A stretch of DNA of 63,896 bases, the filler included, from Lenisia limosa (lineage: Eukaryota; Protista; Breviatea): NCBI GenBank assembly GCA_001655205.1. It is 10 parts of 10 records of this genome, joined end to end, with 100 filler letters (N's around TTAATTAATTAA, not from the genome) between each part and the next. Parts side by side here need not be neighbours in the genome. Positions count along the whole stretch, not along the records: positions 28,241 to 54,309 come from LPNZ01008640.1; positions 54,410 to 61,915 come from LPNZ01005364.1; positions 62,016 to 63,896 come from LPNZ01000231.1; 7 more parts are not named here. One strand, written 5' to 3'. How positions within the stretch are numbered: position 1 is the stretch's first letter; each line of letters starts with the position of its first letter. Shown one piece after another: positions 54,022 through 63,896 of this stretch. Position numbers and translations under genes: made by a program. The notes under the pieces are model-generated. The model saw only the letters and a program-made list of their open reading frames with translations. It made no database searches and had not been told where the DNA came from.

Positions 54022-54292
54022 ATGGGAGACAGCATGAACCAGAACATGGGTGGAATGGGCCAGATGGGTGGTATGGGCCAAATGGGAGGCAACCAGGGCA
54101 ACATGATGACCAACCAGAGCAACATGATGGCTAACCAGTCCAATATGATGGCTAACCAGGGCATGATGGGCGGCAACATGATGGGAAACATGGGTGGCAA
54201 CATGATGGGTGGCAACATGCCTGAAATGCGTCCTAGTGGAAGCATGAACGACGACTATGACAAGACTAACAGATCTCGTGACCGTGATTACA
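54022..54292 (+). CDS. Met/Gly/Asn/Gln-rich low-complexity exon of a truncated gene, possibly RNA-binding
   Basis: MGDSMNQNMGGMGQMGGMGQMGGNQGNMMTNQSNMMANQ...DYDKTNRSRDRDY, bounded by ctcag and gtatg. Synonymous variation between repeat units supports coding status. Confidence 0.7.
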
Positions 54293-54569
54293 GTATGCTG
54301 CTGAATTTTNNNNNNNNNNNNNNNNNNNNNNNNNNNNNNNNNNNNNNNNNNNNTTAATTAATTAANNNNNNNNNNNNNNNNNNNNNNNNNNNNNNNNNNN
54401 NNNNNNNNNAAAACAAACAAAGCCCAGGCCAGTGCACCGCATTCCATCATTCCAGCCGAGGGAAAAGAATAACACAAAATATCAAAGAACGAGGGGGGTT
54501 CATTAGAAGGAGAAAGACGGTGTATGAAAGAGAAAACAAAAGAAAATTGCCCCCCCGCCGCCGCCCCAC

Positions 54570-57500
54570 AGCAAAAGTAGAGTTGACCAGGAGGTCCATA
54601 TCGGTATCAGCAACCATGGTGCCTGCTGAGTTGGCTGTGGCATAGGAGTCAAGCTGAGGGGTCAGGCGTTGATGAAATGCTGTGTGTTCATACCTGCATT
54701 TAATATTCAATATCGTAAAAAGACCAAAAACAACCCCACCAAGATAGGGTTGTCGAGGGAGGAGGAAGTGGGTTTCAGCTTGAGACTCCCGGAGAGCTAA
54801 AGGGTGAAAACCGAAAGGGAGGAGGAAAGAACAACCGGTGGAAGATGAATAAAGGAGTTATTGAATAAAGCGCTATATATTGGTTGAAAAGGAAACAGGC
54901 AACACCATAGCGAATAGCTCCCCTAGATTCTACAATTGCTAATCGCAATCTGCCCCTACATAGAGGGTAGAAGGGAGGCGATATTGGCCGTACACCTCAT
55001 GGCCGTGTGTGTAGTCCACAGTTGGGGGGAAGATGACCGTGGAGGTCGGGTGGAATTTAATCTGAAGCGTGAAGGCGTGAAAAGTATGGTGACGAAGATG
55101 TACAGAAAATGTTGTCATTGTATTTCTGTCATTTTCTTGCTTTAACAAAGCCCCACTGGCTGGCCAATCTGGGTGGTAGCGGTGAAGTCGACTGATCCAT
55201 AGATGTTGATGTGGAACAACGATGTGGCCTGGGTAAAGCCCGTGCTGTGTGCCTTGATCACAACTCCCTCGGGCAGGATCCACTGGCCGTACGACACCGC
55301 TCGGGGGGTGATCTGAGGGATAGTGTGTTAGAAAACGGAACCACAGAATCGAAAGCAAATCCTGGCAAAACGCAATAATAGAGACAGGAACAGAATACCC
55401 CACTCTCACGGTGAACTCGTCCATATCCGCAATGGCCTGACCTATGATGACTCCGTTCTTGGGGGACGGGCCACTACCGACCCGATCCTGGGTGACCGTG
55501 CCCCATCTGCAGCATTATAGGTCTTGTATGCTAATAATGCGTTATAGGTCTTGTATGCTGATAATGCGTTATAGGTTTTGTATGCTGATAATGCGTTATA
55601 GGTTTTGTATGCTGATAATGCTAGGTTTTGTATGCTGATAATGCTAGGTTTTGTATGCTGATAATGGGATTTATTGGTGATAAATAATCAGTTATAGGGG
55701 TTCTTGTAATTACTTCAGACGAGCGCCGAAACTCCTTTCTTTTTTATCAGTATCGACACTATTGAGAAAGAGTCAACTGAAAGGCCCCTCCCTCCAAACG
55801 CTTTGAAAGGCCTCTTCACGATCCATCCAGCTGCTCCGTTCTCAGCCGAATACTGGCCGTTCAGGGCTGAGCAACTGTAGCTTGGAATAGTCTGGGGGGG
55901 GGGGGTAAATTGAAGAAAATTTNNNNNNNNNNNNNNNNNNNNNNNNNNNNNNNNNNNNNNNNNNNNNNNNNNNNNNNNNNNNNNNNNNNNNNNNNNNNNN
56001 NNNNNNNTGGCTGATAACACACGAGGGTTGATTACAACAAAACAAAAAAAAAAGCCCAAGCCAGTCACTTCTGCAGCACATGAATTATATCAACATAATT
56101 TACACAATATTCACACGGGGATTGAAAGCGCCCAGGCCAATCACTCTCTTGGACCGGGTGGATAAGTATCAACCGTATTGTGAGACCCCCTTACACAGGT
56201 GTCGCATTCTAGGAAGATGTAGCCTCCAGACCCGCCCGCGCCCATTCCGCTGATACCGTTGACGGACTTGGCTTCGACTGGGCGGAGTAAGTAGGTATAG
56301 ACTGAATAAAAAAAAAAAAACAGCCCAAGATAAAGTCTTGCTGATGGTAATCCTTGAAAGTATGAGACAATTTCCGTATTTGTCAGGTTATTGGGATTTC
56401 TTGAGAAATCGTGTCTGTATTGGACCAAATGCCCCACTTGTAGTTGAACCGGTCATGGACTCGGAGGCGATGATGATAACTGCGCCGCCCGCTCCGGATC
56501 CTCCTGAAGTGCCTGAACCCGATCCGCCAACAAGGCCATTCATGTAGATGCTGGGAGGGGGGGGGCGATTAGAAACAAGTAAGCGGCAAAAACTATAACT
56601 GCTCCAAACTCACACCCATCAAATAGTTACGAACCAAAAAGGGATGAAGAGAAAATAATTTAGAAAGCCCNNNNNNNNNNNNNNNNNNNNNNNNNNNNNN
56701 NNNNNNNNNNNNNNNNNNNNNNNNNNNNNNNNNNNNNNNNNNNNNNNNNNNNNNNCGCCGCCATTGCCGCCAATAGCGTAAGCTGAGGGTGAGTTGGTGG
56801 GGCCTCCTGCGCCTCCCATGTAGGCCTGGGCGGAGTAAAAATGGAAAATTTATGAAACAGAAAAGCCCAAAACCAACGCTATCACTAAGAACACACGAGG
56901 GTTGAAAATAACAAACAAAACAAGCCCAGGTGAGTCGTGAATAGGGGCTTACGTCTCCTAAAAACCCAAGATACCACCAATACTAGGAACAAAGATACAC
57001 CAAGGGGCACCAAAAGAGGGCGGTTTAATGGCGTAAGATATGAATTAGAGTAAACAAAACACGGCTTCATGCATACAAAACGATCCAAACTCATTACCAC
57101 ATCTATTCATATATCATAGTATGTAATATCCTTGATAAACATTTATCGATATATCATGTATGTACGTACCCCACCCCACATTGCGGCCGCCCTGCCCGAT
57201 GATGTCCGCGGGTTTGTTCTGACAATTGGAGGTGGAGCCTGCTACGCCGCCGACGCCCGTTGATTGCCCTCCTGTGAGGTCATGACGGCATGAACAAACA
57301 TTATAATTACATCAAAGCTTTGTTGCGAAGTCCTCCCTCCCCCCATACGCGGCAGAGTTTAGAAATATCATTACAATTGTATTGATAACTTGGCCTTGAT
57401 ACGAAGCATACTCACCGCCTACCATCACCGCCTGAGAGAGACGAGCAGAGGGGGAAGGAAGGCGCAGAGTTGGTCGTTTGGGGGAAGGAGTGCTGGAACG

Positions 57501-60500
57501 GCTGCATACCCTGTAGAAGTTAGACACTGTAAAATACTTAGTATCCTTCTTGCCCAACTCTGCCTGCACCCCTGATATCCATCCTTGGGGAATGGCCAAA
57601 TATGACCTTCAGAGAATAGATTCACCAGTTGACCTAAATACGACATCTTAATGTGATATTCCACACCATTCATAATTATGTTTTACATGTACCCTAGATT
57701 TTAAAAATGTCCCTGTGTAAATCCCAATACCCCACTCGAGAGCCGCCGCCGTTTCCGTTGAAAGTTGCGCTTGTAAGGGTCACAGTATCAGCGTTGATAT
57801 AAACGCGACCAAAAATATATACCTGGGGGGGGGGGTCAGAAATACAATCCTTCCGGTAAAAAAGGCAACACTCCACATACTCGTTACTAAATAGCATGAA
57901 GTCCCCCACCCCCACCGTGACACTGGTGACGCTGACGTCAGTGAAGTTGTAGGTGTGGATGGGGAAGTCCGCGGGATGGATGAACTTCTCTGCAGTGCCG
58001 TACTGCGGAGTTAAAATAGGACAACTTTATAAAATAAAATAAACTTTTTGGCCACAAATGTATTGCACACACGAGGGTTGAAATAACACAAAGCCCAGGA
58101 TGGGGGGGGGGGGNNNNNNNNNNNNNNNNNNNNNNNNNNNNNNNNNNNNNNNNNNNNNNNNNNNNNNNNNNNNNNNNNNNNNNNNNNNNNNNNNNNNNNN
58201 NNNNNNNNNNNNNNGCATTTGCCTTTACCCAATCACCTCTTCCAGCTCAGGGTGCATTCCAAGGTAGCAATTAGCAGTGGGACTGAAAGTAGGCGTTGAT
58301 ACGTTACAGGGTGGTACACTGTTGATGATGGGGCCTGGAATGTCAGAAAATAAGTATGGTAGATTGAAACGGTTACATATATTTCAAATACTCATCCAAT
58401 GCTGAGATGTTTTAGCTTGAATTAGCCATAGTANNNNNNNNNNNNNNNNNNNNNNNNNNNNNNNNNNNNNNNNNNNNNNNNNNNNNNNNNNNNNNNNAGG
58501 AAGCTGAGAGCCGCAGATCTGGAGGGTCATTGTGTCGGAGTTGCTATCAACTCTCTTCATTGTAGTCAATATATGAACTAAAGGGCATTAAAACACACTC
58601 ACTCACTCTCTCTCTCTCTCTATACATTTTCACCTTCTATCCTTCTGCCACTTTTAAATTCCCTTCTTAGCCACGTTAACACCAGTGATACCCCCCCCCC
58701 ACTTCGCACTGCCCGAAGGCCACACCTCCGAGGCCGCCGCAGCCCTCCACGCAAGATGCCGCGCAATTCGATCCTGGTGGCGTGAGGGGAGCGGGTGCTG
58801 AACAAGAAAGAGCAAGAATGTAATAACAGGGTGATCCGGTTGAAGTATAATGCAGGGCAACTTGAGAGCAAAAGACTAACCCGGGTTAACAGTAACACCG
58901 GAAGTGATGTTGGAGTTGTCAATGAAGCTTTGAAGCGAACTGCAGCAAAGAGCCATGCCAAAGGAGAACGAGTCAAGAGATAGCTATAAAGAGTGAAATG
59001 GCCAAACATTTGCGGCGAGGGCGAAATGGACAATCGAAGTATACATTGGATATTATTGAAAGATGATGGGTGACGGTACGTGAAACGTGAATTTATTCCA
59101 TCAAAAAGCCTCATTTCCCCTCACAGCGGCAGCGGGTGTGTCCACGACTCGAACAGAAGAGGGGAGCGCCACGGACGATAAGTGGGTGGAGAGCGATGAG
59201 AAGATGTTAAACTCTCTACGAGACGTTAGTTTAACAAGTTCTCAATAAACAAGGGGAGAGGAGTAATTAGCCATTATTTTGTCTCAAACCCTTTCTTGCA
59301 ATATGAATGACTGTACTCAATGGAAACTCAGAAGCCGCTCACTCAAGGCCGGTAAACGATGACATGTCCAAATCCACCACAGTTGTCAGAACGGGCATGT
59401 TAATTTTCTTGACGTTGGGGTTGGTCAATCCCTTGAGACCCTGAAGCACATAAAAGGGAAATTTAGGTTTTGGGAGGTGGGATCGTTTGTACGCATAATT
59501 ATGTAACATGTATACATACTATATCTACTGTATATGTAAATGTAATATACATATATCGATATATATAATATATATAAAAATAATAATATACTATATATAT
59601 GATATACTATATATTTATGATGTACTATACATTACTCTCATGAAAGAACATAAATGATGCTTACACAAGTAAGTATTAATCCTGATATCATTTGTAGGCT
59701 ACGCTAATTTTGAAAAATTATAATAAAAAAAGGGGGGGGCATTTTTAGAAGCACTCGTCCTACATGAAGGTTCTCGAGAGCGTTGAAGGAGAACACGGCC
59801 TCATTGTACTGCCCTGAGATGGTCCTAATTTCAATGTAGCCATGTACAGTGTGAAGACTCTGTTGGAGAGCGGTCAAAAGAATAACCAATACTATGCATG
59901 AGCTATTGTCATAATTTGGTAATCTACCCCCCCCCCCCNNNNNNNNNNNNNNNNNNNNNNNNNNNNNNNNNNNNNNNNNNNNNNNNNNNNNNNNNNNNNN
60001 NNNNNNNNNNNNNNNNNNNNNNNNNNNNNNNNNNNNNNNNNNNNNNNNNNNNNNNNNNNNNNNNNNNNNNNNNNNNNNNNNNNNNNNNNNNNNNNNNNNN
60101 NNNNNNNNNNNNNNNNNNNNNNNNNNNNNNNNNNNNNNNNNNNNNNNNNNNNNNNNNNNNNNNNNNNNNNNNNNNNNNNNNNNNNNNNNNNNNNNNNNNN
60201 NNNNNNNNNNNNNNNCAAACTACAAATAATTACTGGAACACGGGGAAGCAAGCGGACTAAGCAAGCATCAAATGGTGGAATAGTAGTTGACCCAGGTACG
60301 AACGCCAAGAAACACTCACCGAAAGGTCTCCTGTTGTGACAAGGTTGTTCATCACATTCAATTCATGGATTCCTGGGTATGTAAAATGCGACCTTACGCT
60401 TTGAAAAACAACACATCAAAATGACAGGAATAAATATACATATATAGAGAGAAATCAACAATAAAGATGTATCTGGCCAAAGCCGTCCACACCATTACGC

Positions 60501-61902
60501 ATAAAAGATATATTGGATTATAGTATAATATTAATTCACCCAATCATTTGCCTTACAACTCTGTGCACACAGCTTTCTGCGTGCCTCCCCAGCATACAGA
60601 GCGAGAGGGGAGTGACAAAAGAAAATACATGAAATCAAAGAAGCCCAACTCTGAATTCTAAGATGAAGCCCCCCAACTAAGCATGCTGCTGATGTCGATG
60701 GAGGCAGCCTCAGTAAGAGCGGCCATGAAAGTTGCACCAAAGTACCAGGGCTCGTTACCGCTCACCGTCACAGCACCTATCACTACGAGCGTGATGGAAG
60801 ACCACTAACGTGGCAATATTCCGAGGCAGGGTGGAGGGTACATTAATAATGAACGTTTAAACATCACGAGGAAAAACATCGTGCTCCGAGAAAAAAAAAA
60901 CTTGGGAATGAAGGATATTGTATTAACAACATCCCCCTCCTCCTTACCAGTCTGAAGGCCCGCAAAAACTTCCAGCGTCATGCCCTTAGGGTTGGCTAAG
61001 GTGACGTCTCCATTCACAGTGGCGATACTGTCAGTTCCTGGGGGGGGGGTAAATTTGTGATCATGCGCGCGCGGGGGGGTCTCAAGAGAAAAAATAATGG
61101 TTTTGACCCAACATAATCGTTTTCAGAGACCCAACATAATCGTTTCCAGAGACCCAACATAATCNNNNNNNNNNNNNNNNNNNNNNNNNNNNNNNNNNNN
61201 NNNNNNNNNNNNNNNNNNNNNNNNNNNNNNNNNNNNNNNNNNNNNNNNNNNNNNNNNNNNNNNNNNNNNNNNNNNNNNNNNNNNNNNNNNNNNNNNNNNN
61301 NNNNNNNNNNNNNNNNNNNNNNNNNNNATCGCATTCTGAGAGGAACATTCTTCAAACATTCCCCATACCTGTACTTGAGGCAGCGAAGCGGTTGAGTGTC
61401 ACAGATCCGTTAACACTAGTAACATCCTGAAGGAAGCCTGATAATAGTGAGGGGGGAGGGGAGGAAGACGTAAAACATAAATGAATGTAACGTGAAGATG
61501 TAATATTTGGCAAACATTGGGACAGGGTAGGATAGGACGCAAGAACGCAGGCCTACCAAGCTGAGTGATGGCTCCGAAGTTGAGCAGGTCAACGAAGGCG
61601 ACTTTTCCTGCTGGGTAGAACCCTTCAAACGTTTCCGCTGTCACAGTGCTGATGTGTCAGGTTAATAAGGCTGAAATCAACATATCACTACTCATGAGGC
61701 CAACATGACTAAATAATGCAGTACTTATCACATAATTTATTATTTATATGTATTATGTATTTTTGTAAAAATTTTATATCGTCAAGGAACCCCCACTTGA
61801 CAAGAATGCCATTAGGTGCACTAGTGACCTGGCCAAAACGGAGGAGACGCGCCTTGGAGCAGGACGCAATGTCGGGACTCAAGCTGCTGGCAAAGTGGAA
61901 TC
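54570..61902 (-). CDS. Large mosaic extracellular/surface protein, partial: L-domain-like beta repeats, Cys-rich linker, Gly-rich GGxGG repeats
   Basis: Exons GTDSIATVNGDVTLANPKGMTLEVFAGLQT, GLKGLTNPNVKKINMPVLTTVVDLDMSSFTGL, PGSNCAASCVEGCGGLGGVAFGQCE, VYIFGRVYINADTVTLTSATFNGNGGGSR, GSGSGTSGGSGAGGAVIIIAS, GMGAGGSGGYIFLECDT. Linkers cut both ends; continuity as one gene is inferred. Confidence 0.6.
55515..55667. repeat. 27-bp then 23-bp tandem repeat (intronic)
   Basis: ttataggt(c/t)ttgtatgctgataatgcg x4, then ctaggttttgtatgctgataatg x2. Confidence 0.9.
60468..60597. mobile_element. Family A MITE-like element (~130 bp; ends gtatctgg ... ccagcatac); representative copy
   Basis: Shared core cacccaatcatttgccttacaactctgtgcacacagctttctg. 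Full or partial copies at ~170, 8160, 10790-10925, 11560, 14150-14410 (tandem pair), 16775. Confidence 0.8.
61107..61345. repeat. 23-bp tandem repeat spanning an N gap
   Basis: acccaacataatcgtttycagag, at least 3 copies before the gap; total copy number unknown. Confidence 0.75.
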
Positions 61903-62030
61903 CTGGGGGGGGGGGNNNNNNNNNNNNNNNNNNNNNNNNNNNNNNNNNNNNNNNNNNNNTTAATTAATTAANNNNNNNNNNNNNNNNNNNNNNNNNNNNN
62001 NNNNNNNNNNNNNNNCCCCCCCCCCCCCAG

Positions 62031-63720
62031 GCGATCCCTTTGCTCAAGTCGGCAACCAAACCGAAGGCGACTTATTCTCCCCAATTCCGACCCCCAAAAG
62101 CAACCCCTCCGATGACCCCTTCAGCCCTGCTCCCAACGACCCTTTCACTCGGCCGTCGAGCAAGCCAGTTGCTACGGGGCCAGCTAAGGAGGACGTCCCA
62201 AACCTCGAGGCCGTCACCATTCAACCTCCCGAAGACCCCTTCAAACCAGACAAAAACGACCCTTTTTCTTCTCCTCCCCAAGCCTCCGCCAACCCCTCTC
62301 CCCCCAATCACGACCCTTTTTCTCCTGCCGGCACCCGGGACCCTTTTGTCCCCACCCCGTTCAGTCACAAGAAAGCCGTCACGCCCCAGCCTGCCTCCCT
62401 TCTCTCACCGCCGTCACCTGAGATCCCAAGATCGTCAAGTGCGAGTGGCTCGCTTCTGGGTATGTGGCAGGGTGGTTCTTCTATGTGCACTTGCTCGAAA
62501 TGCAAGAGCTCATCTACACAGCAGGGTGGTTGGGCTTCATATAATATCATATTCAACAATATGGGGGGTTCGCTAGTAGTGGTTATGATGCTGAACCGAT
62601 TTAGTTTCTTGAGGCGAATACCTAGATCCTTAACTTTGTTCCCAACATACGTCACTTTGACCTATCACAGGCATGCTTGATTGGACTGCGAGTGGCTCTG
62701 AACCCCAACACGCCTCGATAATACCCACACCTCCTCAGTCACCAAAACCCTCAATCCAAGTTGTGGGCGGGCGAGGGGGGGGGGGGCTTAATTGCCTCGC
62801 ATAAAAACAAGTTGAGATTCTATTTCTGCTCATAAAAAACGAGTTGAGGTTAACATTTGCCCTTTCTGACCCGAAAGACCCAGGTACCAGCATCCGCCCC
62901 CCGACAGCCCGCAGTGCAGAGAATCTCCAGACCAAGCCATCGCCGCACTATGTCCGACCAAACGTCAAGTCCCATTGTGTGCAAGGATAGGACTTTTCTG
63001 GCTTTTTCGATGTATTCATACATGTGTGTACATCATACACATTCATTTGGTCGCGTAGCTTACCACTCAGACCACACGACCCCTTCCGCCCGCCTTCAAC
63101 AACCCCAAACCCAGCCAAGTGCCCCAGCAAGGTTCGACTACTAGCCATGATTCTAAACACTACTCTGATCCCTCTCTGACTTATATAGGCCTTCCCCTCC
63201 CCAACTTCCAAGTCCCCACCACACCAAGTCCATCAAAGTTGGTTTGTGTGCGTTTTGTCCACTGGGCGTTACAACGGTGCACCTGACCCCTTAGCCCCAC
63301 TCTTGCCCAAACCGCGCCGTCACCAAGCCAGGCCCAGGGCCCTCTCATGGACCTTTTGTTTGGTGGTCAGCCGGCTCCACCAAGTCAGACTCCTCAGGTT
63401 TGTGACAACCGCGCCATGGATAGGAGTCTTGGAGTAGAAATGAACTTCATAAATTTGCGGTGCTGATTGTATTTACATTTTCAGCAGGCAACACCTATTA
63501 AACCCCAACAAGAGGTTGACCTCCTTGGTAACTTCGCGTCCCCCCAGGTTCGTCTTAATAATTGCGTTTTTTTTAGGATTACATGTTTGTTAGTTTGTCT
63601 AAGATTGCCTTCTTTTAACCAGCTAGGGCCCAACGTCCTTCCAGCAAACCCCCCAAAACACGCCTGGAATTGCAGGTCTCTCCCGCCCCTCCAGCCTTTG
63701 TCCCCCTCCCGGTGCCAGAT
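62031..63720 (+). CDS. DPF-repeat endocytic adaptor-like protein fragment (Eps15/epsin-type tail)
   Basis: Exon 62031-62444, in a frame absent from the ORF track: GDPFAQ...SDDPFSPAPNDPF...PEDPFKPDKNDPF...NHDPFSPAGTRDPF (7 DPF). A later exon reads QQEVDLLGNF. The 3' limit is approximate. Confidence 0.75.
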
Positions 63721-63896
63721 CTGACCATTCCGGCCACATGCGCTCCCTTAGCTCAGGAGGACAACTCTCATCCCCCCTCCCTGGTTTGCACCCGTTTTTG
63801 TACTCAATACCGAATTATGAATGTGGCTCTTAGGATTGTGTTCACAGTTTCCCCAAAGAAATCCTTATGCCCCCCCCCCCCCAGGCCTGGGCTTTG

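Noticed and set aside
60670-60690. Non-canonical GC donor (gcttag)
   Set aside because: A GT donor (gttggg) 4 nt further on keeps the frame (SSML|RIHELN), so no non-canonical splicing is needed.
224-63724. ORF-track entries containing X runs or built from repeats (e.g. 224-586, 2042-2383, 9165-9347, 15175-15363, 55444-55638)
   Set aside because: They are open only because of N gaps or are translations of family B and tandem repeats; real coding sequence is in short exons.
1-63896. Alternative genetic code, tRNA/rRNA genes, or an autonomous transposase/reverse transcriptase
   Set aside because: Conserved exons translate cleanly with the standard code, and I saw no cloverleaf, rRNA-like block, or DDE/RT motif. 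A scan with dedicated tools was not possible.

Overview
Fragmented draft DNA from an intron-rich unicellular eukaryote (species not assignable from sequence; standard code and GT-AG introns wherever I could check). Nine 100-nt linkers (N44-TTAATTAATTAA-N44) split the window into ten pieces that appear to be unrelated contigs, because genes stop abruptly at them. Most supplied ORFs are spurious or partial, so genes were rebuilt by hand from exons. Recognisable genes: a class III nucleotide cyclase-like protein with a degenerate active site; MAPKBP1/WDR62 (5' part); an AIR9-type A9-domain fragment; a CNOT1 C-terminal fragment; a MUN/MHD2 (Unc13-like) protein; a complete pappalysin (PAPP-A)-like M43 metalloprotease with an LNR module inside the catalytic domain; a mosaic Gly-rich surface protein; a DPF-repeat endocytic adaptor; and several unidentified genes. 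Introns are either about 35-50 nt or expanded by at least five MITE-like families. The most notable signals are (1) a repeat family that sits mostly sense-oriented at intron 3' ends and supplies the acceptor region, (2) introns bracketed by G-runs after the donor and C-runs before the acceptor, and (3) the animal-type pappalysin architecture in a protist-like genome. All translations, alignments and counts are by eye; homology calls rest on remembered family motifs, not database searches.
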